Below, one piece after another: positions 38,787 to 48,566 of a stretch of DNA of 64,000 nt (position 1 is the first letter of the stretch; each line of letters begins with the position of its first letter). The translations under genes were made by a program, and so were the position numbers. This DNA is from Nitrosopumilus sp. (GTDB lineage: Archaea > Thermoproteota > Nitrososphaeria > Nitrososphaerales > Nitrosopumilaceae), in assembly GCA_965207075.1 (NCBI GenBank), contig CBDBLO010000002.1, forward strand, positions 448,001-512,000, in the 5' to 3' direction. Under the pieces are notes generated by a model, which was not told where the DNA came from, did not search any database, and saw nothing but the letters and a program-made list of their open reading frames with translations.

Positions 38787-40242
38787 CTAGAACCTTCAGG
38801 AAATCATCCAATTTGTCTTTAGTTATCTTGGCGCCCGCCGCAGCGCTGTGCCCGCCGCCCACCCCGCCGCACGCGGCCGCCGAGGCGCCCATCAGCTCGC
38901 CCAGATTGACCGCATTGGAGGCGCCCCCGCCTGTCGTGCCCGAGGCGCGGCGCGCAGAGAACTTTGTCATGGACTCTTCCTCTGCCTTTGTCCACAGTAC
39001 CACGATCTTGCCCGAGTACTTGGGGGATCCGGCCATGATGGATGATATGGTTCCCGACATAGTCTCCTGCACCACGTCCTGGGCGTTGACCGTGATGTAC
39101 GGCTTGTCCGGCATTGCCGATATGCGCCACCTCTCGTTTGTCAGTATGTTGATGCAGTTCCTTATCCTGCCCCTGTAGTCCTTCAGTATGGACTCGCCCT
39201 CCAGCAGGCTCCTGCTGCGGTCTCCCATGCATATCGCGATCCCGATTCCGGCCCTGCTTATCCTTCCGCACGAGTTGAGCATGGTGGAAAACTCCCTTGC
39301 ATCCCTCAGGAATCCGCGCCCGTCCTCCTTTGGGAACGTGTACGTGTACCCGATGAGCTCCGACATTATCTCCGTGGCTCCCTCCCCCTCCCCCGACGCA
39401 AACTGCGCGATGGACTCGATCACGCGCTTCTTCTCGTCCTCGTCAAGCTCCGCTGGCACGCGCCACCGTCCCCCCTCCTTCAGCCTTACATCCGACGACG
39501 TCAGAAGGGAGTAGCAGGTGTCGCGGTTCCACGTGAGCCCGTCGATGTACGGCTGCGACGTGTAGGCCAGCGCGTCGGCAAGCGGCTTTGTCTCCCTTCC
39601 AAACAGCAGCAGGTCCATGTCCACGTCGAGCATTCCAAGCCCCTTTGCAGTCTCTGCAATCTCAAAGTTCTTTCCCACAAACGACCTCCGTTCGCCCTGG
39701 TCCTGCCTGTCGCCCAGGGCGGCGACCACTGCCATCGTGGAGAGATCCGAGTTGTCGTCGTCGAGCGCGACTGACGCCAGGTACGCCATGCCGCCTGCCG
39801 ATATCTCCCTGCCGCCGTCGATCCCGTACTTCCACGCGTTTATCACGCCCTCCTCGCCGTTCTCCTCCTCCGGTATCTGGTGGTGGTCGAGTATTGCCCA
39901 CTTGCCGGCCCCGAGCGACTTGTTCAGCTTTGACGCAAACCCCCCGCCCAGGTCCGTTATTATGCAGAGGTCGTGATCCCCGGACTTGAGCCGCCCTATC
40001 GCGGCGTCGCTAAACTCCTTTGAGGTGCTCAGCGCGCACCTGGCGCCGGCCCTGATCAGGGCCTTTGTCATGATGCCGCCCGACGTGAGGCCGTCGCAGT
40101 CTATGTGGGTCAGGACCTGGATGCTGCCGTCTGACTTTATGCAGTCGTTTATCCTGTCGCGGAGCGCTCCCATCGACGCGTCAATCGAGGTGTCAGGTTC
40201 GGTCCGAGTCTCTGTTGTCGATTGTGGCTGGGGGGGCATCAC
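38746..40242 (-). CDS. DHH/DHHA1 phosphoesterase (RecJ/GAN-like)
   Basis: HIDCDG, TDLG, DHH and GGGH..AAG motifs. Confidence 0.9.
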   Translation of the reverse strand: MMPPQPQSTTETRTEPDTSIDASMGALRDRINDCIKSDGSIQVLTHIDCDGLTSGGIMTKALIRAGARCALSTSKEFSDAAIGRLKSGDHDLCIITDLGGGFASKLNKSLGAGKWAILDHHQIPEEENGEEGVINAWKYGIDGGREISAGGMAYLASVALDDDNSDLSTMAVVAALGDRQDQGERRSFVGKNFEIAETAKGLGMLDVDMDLLLFGRETKPLADALAYTSQPYIDGLTWNRDTCYSLLTSSDVRLKEGGRWRVPAELDEDEKKRVIESIAQFASGEGEGATEIMSELIGYTYTFPKEDGRGFLRDAREFSTMLNSCGRISRAGIGIAICMGDRSRSLLEGESILKDYRGRIRNCINILTNERWRISAMPDKPYITVNAQDVVQETMSGTISSIMAGSPKYSGKIVVLWTKAEEESMTKFSARRASGTTGGGASNAVNLGELMGASAAACGGVGGGHSAAAGAKITKDKLDDFLKVLDENVPKMRSTGED

Positions 40243-40688
40243 TCGAGTTGGGCCACGACTGATTTATATTTCCAAGTTCTGGGTATCCGCCCTATCTTCT
40301 TGTAGTATACGGACAGCCGGTGCACCTTTGCCTCGATGAGCTCAAGTGATCTGATGTTTCTGCGGTCGCCGTGGTTCTCCTTGAGGTGCTTTTGCAGGCC
40401 AATTGCCTTCCTTACCATGTTCTCAAGATCCTCCGGCATGTCGGGCCTGAGGCCGTTCTCCTCTAGTATCCTTCCCATCGTCTTGTCCGCCACCACCTTG
40501 ACAAGCGGGATGGCATGCTGATCCCTGAGCTTTATGCCTATCTGGCTCGGGGTCATGCCGTCCTTTGAGTACTTGACTACCGTCTTCTCTATCTCGTCTG
40601 CCGACTGCTTTACCCATTCGGGCTTTGTCAGTACGTGCGGCCTGATGGAATGTGACTTGCCATGTCTGTGCGTGTGCATTCGGCCCAT
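40239..40688 (-). CDS. rps15: 30S ribosomal protein S15 (uS15)
   Basis: MGRMH..HGKS, PSQIG..LRD and LIEAK.HRL..YY motifs. Confidence 0.95.
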   Translation of the reverse strand: MGRMHTHRHGKSHSIRPHVLTKPEWVKQSADEIEKTVVKYSKDGMTPSQIGIKLRDQHAIPLVKVVADKTMGRILEENGLRPDMPEDLENMVRKAIGLQKHLKENHGDRRNIRSLELIEAKVHRLSVYYKKIGRIPRTWKYKSVVAQLE

Positions 40689-40842
40689 GCCCCCTGCCAA
40701 CTGCGGTGTCAAATTAAACCTTACCAACCACTGCTTTCTTTCGCGTTGAGTACGGCCACGCCTGCGTGCGCGGTTTGAGATCTGACCGCCGTGCGGATGG
40801 GGTTTAAGAGGCATCAACCCCCTACTAGTATAGGCAAATGCC

Positions 40843-41219
40843 ATGGACACAAAGGTACTACTAGCGGCAACCGTGCTGTCGGTCTTCTCTTTGCCGCCGT
40901 GGGCGCCGCGTCGATCGCACCTGCCCAGTATATGGGCAACGTCGACAGTGACGGAGATCCCACCCCTCCTACGCTTGAGGAACCGTTGATCGAGGAACCG
41001 TTGATCGAGGAACCGTTGATCGAGGAACCGTTGATCTAGGCTCGGGAGAGGATCGGGCCCTCAGAGGCCAATCCCGCATCCGGATCGGGAACTCCATACC
41101 TTGACGCCGACGGCGTCGTGGGCGCGTCCGCCATGGCGGGCGCCGTCTTTGGCGGTATAGCAGGAGCCTTCTTCTTGAGGGGCCGTTCTGGCAAATACGC
41201 AGCACCGGGAGGTGGATGA
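40843..41219 (+). pseudogene. Degenerate tandem duplicate of the downstream putative amoZ
   Basis: Aligns end to end with 41351-41683; 1-bp deletion near codon 16, GAGGAACCGTTGATC x4 and an in-frame TAG at 41037-41039. Confidence 0.9.
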
Positions 41220-41350
41220 GACCCACGTGTCTTGCTGTGTGACGCCTAGCGCATGCCTTGTACGCCTTCAGGCCGCTCCGCCTGCGTCAGGCAGCTGTGC
41301 GGAATAAAGTTTTAAATAACTAATAATCACAATCACTGTAGGTAAACGCT

Positions 41351-41683
41351 ATGAACACAAAAGTACTACTAACAGCAACCATGCTGTCGGTCTTTTTCTT
41401 TGGTGCCATGGGCGCCGCATCGATCGCATTTGCCCAGTATATGGGCAATGTCGGCGGTGGCGGAGAGACCGGTGCTCATACGCTCGAAGAGATATTGGAG
41501 ATTCAGAGAAGGAGAATCGAGACGGCGGAAGCCAATCCTGCATCCGGATCGGGAACTCCATACCTTGACGCCGATGGCGTCGTGGGTGCGTCCGTCATAG
41601 CGGGCGCCGTCTTTGGCGGTATAGCAGGCGCCTTCTTCTTGAGGGGCCGTTCTGGCAAATACGCAGCAATGGGCCGAGGATAA
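41351..41683 (+). CDS. amoZ: Putative AMO accessory subunit AmoZ (signal peptide plus C-terminal TM)
   Basis: Signal peptide ending AFA, one TM helix, located between rps15 and amoB. The Y/Z naming is from my recall of synteny and topology, not from a search. Confidence 0.6.
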   Translation: MNTKVLLTATMLSVFFFGAMGAASIAFAQYMGNVGGGGETGAHTLEEILEIQRRRIETAEANPASGSGTPYLDADGVVGASVIAGAVFGGIAGAFFLRGRSGKYAAMGRG

Positions 41684-41891
41684 GACCTCTGGTTCTCTCT
41701 TTTATTATGTGTCGCCTAGCGTACGCTGTACCTGATTATCATGGCTGCCGTGGCGGTGCGATCGCCCCGATCGATCCTTGTTCGCGTCCTCCCCTCTCAC
41801 TCCCCTGGCACCTGCGCCTGGCCGGACCGTGCGGTTCGGCCGGCAGCAAAGAACAGAAATGTATATAACATACACATAGTTCAGATTCTTT

Positions 41892-42161
41892 ATGGAACCA
41901 ATAGTAGGAATCTTCCTAAGCATCCTATCCTCTATCTCAGGACAGCTAGGACCAAACTATGATCCGCTATTCTTTGATGTAATGATTTACATCTTCGGGA
42001 CCATGATGTTCACAATATTCCTCCTTGGAATCATTGCATTCTGGTTGCGTGTTCACGGATGGGCCTACAAGGACAACCGTGAGAAATGGGTCGACGAGCT
42101 GGACAGGCACTTTGAGCGTGAAGGTATAGGTCTGATTCCAGACAACGGCAAGTACTGGTAA
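41892..42161 (+). CDS. amoY: Putative AMO accessory subunit AmoY (small membrane protein)
   Basis: Hydrophobic helix, Trp-rich tail and lower-GC codon usage like the other amo genes; adjacent to putative amoZ. Naming from recall. Confidence 0.55.
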   Translation: MEPIVGIFLSILSSISGQLGPNYDPLFFDVMIYIFGTMMFTIFLLGIIAFWLRVHGWAYKDNREKWVDELDRHFEREGIGLIPDNGKYW

Positions 42162-42312
42162 GTGCCTGCCTTTCCATATTTTATGATTATTTTTAGTCCT
42201 TTGTTGTCTTTCTGCCTTGGTGCATGTTGCCGCCCCACCGCCGTCGGAAGCACTGTGCCAGTCCTGCCTCTGCCTGCAGGTGCGCCGTGACCGGTGCCAG
42301 TCCTGCCGCGCG

Positions 42313-42834
42313 CTAGTTTCCCGGCGGTAAAAAGTCCGAGTCCTTTGACGTGTCGTAGTCCTTTGACGTAAACACGGCCTTGTAGTGGGCCCCATCGGTA
42401 AACGGGTGGTTTGTAAAGTGCGGTGACGGCTGGTCGTCAACAAATATCATTGACTTGTCCTGTACCATGTCTCTGAGCGGAAAGTCCCACATCCACAAAA
42501 AGTGGCCGATCTCAAACGGGTATTCCTCCTCCCACTCTGCATATATCGTTCCGTCGTCGGACAGCGTATACATTGTTCTCTGACATTCGTCGGTATTCCC
42601 GATGTTGGCAGGAATCTCCGCCTCTATCCCGTCCACTATCAGCTCGAGCGTGGCGGTGATCGTGTAGGGCGTCACGCGGTCGTTGATGCAGGCCTTGAGC
42701 GGGTTGTCCGCGTTGACCACATACTGTATGGAGGCGCTGGCGGCCGCCACCGATATACCGATTATGGCCGTAATTATCAGAAAGCGTATCGTCTTTTTGC
42801 GCTTGTACGGATCACTGGTGCCGGGCCAGATCAT
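42313..42834 (-). CDS. Membrane-anchored hypothetical protein in the amo neighbourhood
   Basis: N-terminal TM helix; IPANIG..ECQR.MYT..DDG.I motif. Confidence 0.8.
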   Translation of the reverse strand: MIWPGTSDPYKRKKTIRFLIITAIIGISVAAASASIQYVVNADNPLKACINDRVTPYTITATLELIVDGIEAEIPANIGNTDECQRTMYTLSDDGTIYAEWEEEYPFEIGHFLWMWDFPLRDMVQDKSMIFVDDQPSPHFTNHPFTDGAHYKAVFTSKDYDTSKDSDFLPPGN

Positions 42835-43110
42835 GATTGATCGCCACCGCCGGTTGATAAATCCCTTTCCATAAACGCCCGGTATGCCGTGGCGCAACAG
42901 TACGTTCCGCTCCCCCCTCCCTCTCTTCCGAACCAGCCTCTGCCTGTCCGTCCTGTCGGGTGCCAGGCCCATAGTTCATGCGCGTTGCGCATGAGGGAGC
43001 GCGCGGCTCCGCCGTGCCCCCCCGGCGCCGCTTCAAGGATGCCGCATCTGCTGCGCGGCCTGCCTGCAGCGGCGACCAGGCGTTTGCCATCACCACCGCA
43101 CCCACCACCG

Positions 43111-43470
43111 TCACTTGACGCCGCTGTAGTCAACCTCTATCGTGTCAAGCTCGTCTTGGTGGTCGGCCAGATAGTACGTGATCGCGTCCGAGTCGATCTC
43201 AAGCCACTCCGACTTGCCGCCGTACGTAAGCCAGTCTTCCACGTAGAGTCCGCGCGGCCCCGACACCCTGACCAACATTCTTGCCGGCCCGCCGCCACCG
43301 AATCCCGGCAGATGGAAGGGAAGTCTCAGCACCTTGTCCCTCCTCTGGCCCTGGATGTTTGCCCTGTATGCGTCTGAACGGAATTCTACCGTTCCTGTAA
43401 AATAGCTCTGCGCAATGTCCAGCCTGATTATCTTAAAGTTCAGCAACGCGCGCGCATGCAGCCTCCTCAA
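43111..43470 (-). CDS. Hypothetical protein downstream of amoB
   Basis: Clean ORF with protein-like composition. Confidence 0.75.
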   Translation of the reverse strand: MRRLHARALLNFKIIRLDIAQSYFTGTVEFRSDAYRANIQGQRRDKVLRLPFHLPGFGGGGPARMLVRVSGPRGLYVEDWLTYGGKSEWLEIDSDAITYYLADHQDELDTIEVDYSGVK

Positions 43471-43530
43471 GATAAACGTGCGGAACCGACGGCTCTGGGA
43501 TAAAATGAAAGGAAAAAGGGATTTGGGTTT

Positions 43531-44100
43531 TTAGATCACTTGCCAGGGTCTCGTGGCAAACGTAATCACATACCCGACGCCTATAATGATAGACTGGTAT
43601 GCGATGTTCACGTATGGAATCGGCTTGAGTATGTTGTCGCCTTCCACGACCACTGTCTGGCCCGGACCAAGTCCTGGCCCGACGCTGGCCACGTTGAGCT
43701 GCGTGTGTACGTGGTACACTCCGGCCTCAAGCGCCTTTGCAGACAGCGTATAGTCTATCTGGCTGTTTCCAGGAATGTCAAAGACGTTGCCCGGGGGATC
43801 CCTAGCTAGCATCTCCCATCTGTTGCCGGCGTTCGTGGACTCTGAGAAGATGGACAGCCATCCTCTGAGGTCTCTCTCCACGAGACTGACCAGCGTTCCT
43901 GTCAATGTGAGGGTCTCGCCAGTCTGTAGAGACTGCCTGTTGAACGTCTCATCCTCGATTCTGATGAACCGGCTCTGGAGCTGTGCCTGGACGCCGTGCG
44001 CCTCTGCGGTAGGAATGACGGCCTCGACCCAGTCGAAGCCAAGTGTTCCCAGCGCAAGCACTGCGGCCAGTCCTAATACGAAAATCTTCTTTTCGAACAT
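43531..44100 (-). CDS. amoB: Ammonia monooxygenase subunit B
   Basis: AEA-HGVQAQLQSRF, YHVHTQ and ATRPWQVI. Confidence 0.96.
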   Translation of the reverse strand: MFEKKIFVLGLAAVLALGTLGFDWVEAVIPTAEAHGVQAQLQSRFIRIEDETFNRQSLQTGETLTLTGTLVSLVERDLRGWLSIFSESTNAGNRWEMLARDPPGNVFDIPGNSQIDYTLSAKALEAGVYHVHTQLNVASVGPGLGPGQTVVVEGDNILKPIPYVNIAYQSIIIGVGYVITFATRPWQVI

Positions 44101-44456
44101 AGTATCCCTTGCTATATGGGGGAATAGCATACCGTTATATGTTTTTCCTGAGGCTTGTGCCTAGCGAGGGGCGTCTGCCAGCCCCTCATGCCGCCCGGCG
44201 TCCTTCCGTATCCGATCTTACGTGTGCGCCGGGAACTGGTTTGCGGCGGGGATGCCGGTTCCTGCCGCGTCCCGGCCGGAGTATGGGCGTCTGCAGGCGG
44301 GCCAGGCGGCATTGGCGCGCCTGACGGCAGTGTATTCCGGGATGCAGGTGCGCACGCATGGTCCAGGTCCTGCCGGCAAGCAGGCCGGGCACAAGATGCG
44401 AGGGCGGGAATCTGATTGGCGTCAAATACTGCTGGACTGCGGCAGCAACGCCACGC

Positions 44457-46313
44457 CTACGTCTTGGATATGTCGCGAGGAAAGAACAGGTCCACCAGCC
44501 AGTCGAACCCGACGCGCACCTTCTTCTCGGTGGTTGGCAGCATTGAGAGGTAGTAGTGCTTCCATACAAACCACGCCGCAAGCCCGTGCATTCTCACTCC
44601 CTTCATCAGGGCCACGCCCTCCATGTTCCCTATCTTGGCCACGAACCCGTCCGCGTCGTATGTAAATTTGTCCTGCTTCTCTATGCCGCGTATCCTGTTT
44701 GCAAGGTTGTTGGCGACAACTTTTGCCTCCTGCGCTGCGTGCTGGGCTGTAGGCGGGTACGGCGTCCCGTCGCGCGGATCCGTGATGAATGCGCAGTCGC
44801 CCAGCGCAAAGATGTCCGGGTTGTTCTTCAGGCTCAGGTTCGAGTTTACAACGACGCGCCCGGACTTGTGGTGTTCGGTGTCCAGATTCGCCACGATCTC
44901 GTCCACCATGCCGCCGGCCGCCCAGATGAGTGTCTCGGTTTCTATGACGGTCCCGTCGTTGAGGGTCGCCACGCCGCCGGAGTATTCGGTCAGCCTTACG
45001 TTGATGTGTATCGTAACGCCCGCCTTTGTGAGCGCCGACATGGCGTGCGCGCTCAGGGCGCTCACCTCCGGAAGTACGACGCTTGACGATACCAGGATCA
45101 CCCTTATTGACGACATAGGTATGTTGTGGTAGTACTTTCTGACCGAGTCGCGCACAAACGAGTTCAGCTCGCCCACCGTCTCCACGCCGGAAAAACCCCC
45201 TCCCACGACCACGAAGGTCATCAGCCTGGCCTTGGCGGCCGGGTCCTGCTCCAGATCGGCGCCCTCGAGCGCCCCGATTGCATGGTTTCTGATCTTGATG
45301 GCGTCTTCTAGTTTTCTGATCTTGAGCGCATTGCGCTTGACGCTCTCGTTTCCAAAAAAGTTGGCCTTCATTCCAGACGCTATGACCAGATAGTCGTACG
45401 GCAGCACGCTAGTACTATCCGACTCGGTCCGGCGTATGGTCACCTGCCTCTCCTTGAGGTCTATTGCGGTTACGCGGGCCTGGTAGAATCGAGCCCTATG
45501 GCAGAACTTCCTGATGGGCGTCGCGATATGCCTCGGTTCTATGGAGCCCGTGGCCATCTCCGGCAGCATTGGCGTGTGCAAGAAAAAGTTTGACTCGTTT
45601 ACGAGGCCTATGCTCACGTCGACGTCGTCGTGGAACTTTTTTTGCAGGCGGTTCAGTACCCCGACGCCGGCGTACCCCCCGCCCAGTATCAGCACGCGCC
45701 TCATTGACTGCGAGCCCTTCCCGTGCACGTGCGCTATGTGGGCCTTTCGTGTTGCGCTGTTGAAGAACTCCACATCGCACTCGCGGCATATGTAATTGGC
45801 GCCAAACCTGCGCGTTAGGAAGGAGGTCACGGATCCCATTATCAGGCCCCATAGCAGGTGTATGCCCAACGATTCGAGTATGACTGTGGTAAAGTCCAAC
45901 TGTTCCGCGTGCGCGTCGGTGGCAAGCGACGGGGACATTATCAGGTATATCATGGGCATTGCAAATATGATGAATGCCATGCCGCCTGCGAGCAGCCCGA
46001 AGATCAGGCCCATTGAAGGGCGCGAGATGTCCATCTTGAGCGCGCGGTGCAGTATAACGCCTGTCACGACCCCTATGATGGTGGACACAAAGATGTGCAG
46101 CAGGAATCCCGCCCCGTCGTCGTGCCCGTCCGACTCTCCGGCCGGCAGCACCTGCGACAATATCTCGTGCGACAGTTCCTCAAAGGAGCTGTAGAAGATG
46201 GCGGGTACGTGCATGGCCAGCGCGCCCGCAATCGAGCCGAGTATCACAAACGTGACCTCCTTCCGCAATAGGAAGTTTACCTTGCAGTCGACCTCCTCAA
46301 CGCTATCGCTCAA
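44457..46313 (-). CDS. Type II NADH:quinone oxidoreductase fused to an N-terminal ~4-TM His-containing module and a C2H2 zinc finger
   Basis: GGGYAG, YDYLVIASG, VVVGGGFSGVE, WAAG, FALGD and quinone-site-type PTAQHAAQ; CRECx12HIAHVH linker. Confidence 0.85.
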   Translation of the reverse strand: MSDSVEEVDCKVNFLLRKEVTFVILGSIAGALAMHVPAIFYSSFEELSHEILSQVLPAGESDGHDDGAGFLLHIFVSTIIGVVTGVILHRALKMDISRPSMGLIFGLLAGGMAFIIFAMPMIYLIMSPSLATDAHAEQLDFTTVILESLGIHLLWGLIMGSVTSFLTRRFGANYICRECDVEFFNSATRKAHIAHVHGKGSQSMRRVLILGGGYAGVGVLNRLQKKFHDDVDVSIGLVNESNFFLHTPMLPEMATGSIEPRHIATPIRKFCHRARFYQARVTAIDLKERQVTIRRTESDSTSVLPYDYLVIASGMKANFFGNESVKRNALKIRKLEDAIKIRNHAIGALEGADLEQDPAAKARLMTFVVVGGGFSGVETVGELNSFVRDSVRKYYHNIPMSSIRVILVSSSVVLPEVSALSAHAMSALTKAGVTIHINVRLTEYSGGVATLNDGTVIETETLIWAAGGMVDEIVANLDTEHHKSGRVVVNSNLSLKNNPDIFALGDCAFITDPRDGTPYPPTAQHAAQEAKVVANNLANRIRGIEKQDKFTYDADGFVAKIGNMEGVALMKGVRMHGLAAWFVWKHYYLSMLPTTEKKVRVGFDWLVDLFFPRDISKT

Positions 46314-46939
46314 CTCAACCTACAGCCTCCGTTATCGCGGTGATTATATTTCCTTGTCGTACTGCCGTTTGGGCGGCTAGTTCCAAAACAAGCTCCCCCA
46401 CTGGGTCGGGCCGTTTGGAGCTGCTGTTGCCGTTGATGTCACTCTCAGCGTCATTGCCGCGTAAAATATAGCGCCGTTTGATATAACCATAGCGACGACT
46501 GTTCATTGCGGCACGGGGCATCTCTCAGTGCATAGTCATGGTGTGCCGTCTTGCGTGCCAGACGCCTGCAGGCCCAAACGTCCGTCTGTTGGCTCGGGGG
46601 CGATCCGGGCCGAGGGTTTGGAAACAAAAGTGACGTCGCGCTACGGCATATGCCTGCAACAGACACGCGTGCGAGTCTCCGACTCTGACCGGTTTTGTCG
46701 TTTGAATCTGCAGCGGGTGTCTGGCATGTCCCCGCATATGCTTGGACCGGTTGCGCCGCCCGTCGTTGGATCTGCCGCCGCTGCCGGCAAACCTTGGCTG
46801 CAGTCACCTCCCCCTCTTCCCCCGTTACTGGATGCGATCCCCCACGACTAACGTGCCGCGTACGCCCCGGCAGGATTCACGGCGCGGCTCAGGCTGCCCC
46901 GGGCCCGTGCCTGAAGGCGGAGCGCTTGCGGTGTCCAAT

Positions 46940-47100
46940 GATTAACATTGATGATTAACATCAAACTTGGTGGTTGTTTGTAATGTTGTATTGCATATTT
47001 TATGGTATAAAATACTAAAAATTTCATACCTTGTTTGCAAAAATGTAAGTCTTACACTATTCCTCGTGCAATTGCATTCCTGTACTTTATATGTAAGATA
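46940..47100 (+). promoter_or_regulatory. AT-rich amoC upstream region with a TATA-like box and four palindromes
   Basis: TTTATAT at 47086-47092; inverted repeats at 46948-46964, 47004-47030, 47044-47056 and 47067-47076. Confidence 0.55.
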
Positions 47101-47115
47101 CAGGTGATAACACAC

Positions 47116-47679
47116 ATGGCACAAATGCCAGCACTAATCCCAAAGGAAGTCGAGATCCAGAGACTCAAGAAGATCTGGCTGATCGTCATTGCGATGGGAT
47201 CAACTGCAGCATCCGTCGAGGTGGACAACTTTGTTGACGGTTCACTCCACCAGACATCCATCAGGGACAGCGCGTTTACGCCTGCGCACTGGTGGCTGTA
47301 TTCGCACTTTGTTGCACTCCCACTAGGCTGGGGTGCGGCCGCGATATATGACCGAAAGGTTCCGGTTCTCAGAGGCCCCAACAACTCTATGAACACGGGT
47401 CTGAAGATGACCATTCTTGGCTATCTGGCGACCATGTTCACGATTGGAGTCAACGAGATGTGGCACTTTTGGTTTGTAGAGGAGATCTTTGCCGTGCCGA
47501 ACCACTGGATGTTCAATATGGGCGTCGTAGTGGCGTTCATGGGCGCACTGGCCTACGTGGTCAGGGTGTACGCTCGGTTGGTAGAACTGGGCGCCGAGAC
47601 TCCTGGAGAGAACCCGTATGTTGCAGAGATGTACAAGATGGCCCTAGAGGGCAAGCTGTACAGCAGATCAATCCCGTAG
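47116..47679 (+). CDS. amoC: Ammonia monooxygenase subunit C
   Basis: DNFVDGSLHQTSIRDSAFTPAH and NEMWHFWFVEEIFAVPNHW. Confidence 0.97.
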   Translation: MAQMPALIPKEVEIQRLKKIWLIVIAMGSTAASVEVDNFVDGSLHQTSIRDSAFTPAHWWLYSHFVALPLGWGAAAIYDRKVPVLRGPNNSMNTGLKMTILGYLATMFTIGVNEMWHFWFVEEIFAVPNHWMFNMGVVVAFMGALAYVVRVYARLVELGAETPGENPYVAEMYKMALEGKLYSRSIP

Positions 47680-48047
47680 GGTGTGGGTCTTTTTCACACT
47701 CTTCTTTTCGGCTCGTGCGTGGGAGGCCCTGCGCAACACCGTACGCCGGCATAGGCAGGGATTGCTACTGCGGGGCCGGACGCGTACCCTTTGCCTACCG
47801 TTCTCCTTGACGCGATCGCCGCATGCCCTGCTCTTGCCTGTTGCGATCAGAGACGTGCGTTCGACACCGCGGTTTGCCGGCTGTGTGCTTGGGGGTGTCG
47901 TTTCCCGTGCCTGCCTGACGCCCGGTACGCTTGGCCCGCCTGATGCGTCTTGGAAGCGGTAGCCAGTTGACTCTGCTTATATGTCCCTGCTGCCGCCTTG
48001 GCAACCCCTAAGAAAGATTTAAAACTATTACAGCATACACACCTACA

Positions 48048-48413
48048 ATGACTCTTCCAAAAGGGTTTGGTTCTGGCGGTGCCGGAGGTTCCTCTAGCGC
48101 CGACGTAGAACGTATGATTGGAAGGCGCGTTGAGAACATGACCGGTCTGATTACCATATCGTTCTGGGCAGCATGGTTGGCAACATTTGGAGGTACGGCA
48201 GCAGGATACTATTACTATCCGTGGGCATACCCGACCCCGAGTGGACACTTTGCATTCATCGTACTTACCATCATCGAAGCAATAGGCTACATCTTCTGCG
48301 TAAAGGTCATGGAAGAAGGCTCAAACAAGAACAGCAACGGCATTGTGGCCGGCAGCGTTGCCGCTGTAGCGGCAGGCACAATCGCAATCTCGCTGTTCGT
48401 TGAGGGCGCTTGA
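48048..48413 (+). CDS. amoX: Ammonia monooxygenase subunit X
   Basis: MTLPKGFGSGG...YYYYPWAYPTPSGH, 3 TM helices, lies between amoC and amoA. Confidence 0.9.
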   Translation: MTLPKGFGSGGAGGSSSADVERMIGRRVENMTGLITISFWAAWLATFGGTAAGYYYYPWAYPTPSGHFAFIVLTIIEAIGYIFCVKVMEEGSNKNSNGIVAGSVAAVAAGTIAISLFVEGA

Positions 48414-48566
48414 TTGCAAGAAGGGTTAACCTTCAACCTTTTTCATTTTCTCTTGTTTTGGGTGCTGCGTCACCGTTCTCCCCTTGGGCACGGGCAGGAC
48501 ATGCCTCATGAAACTGCCATTGCGCTTTGATGCGAGGCATGCCTGGAACCATGTGGCCGGCAGAGT

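Noticed and set aside
41037-41039. In-frame TAG in the amoZ copy as pyrrolysine or readthrough
   Set aside because: The copy also has an upstream frameshift, and no pyl genes are in the window.
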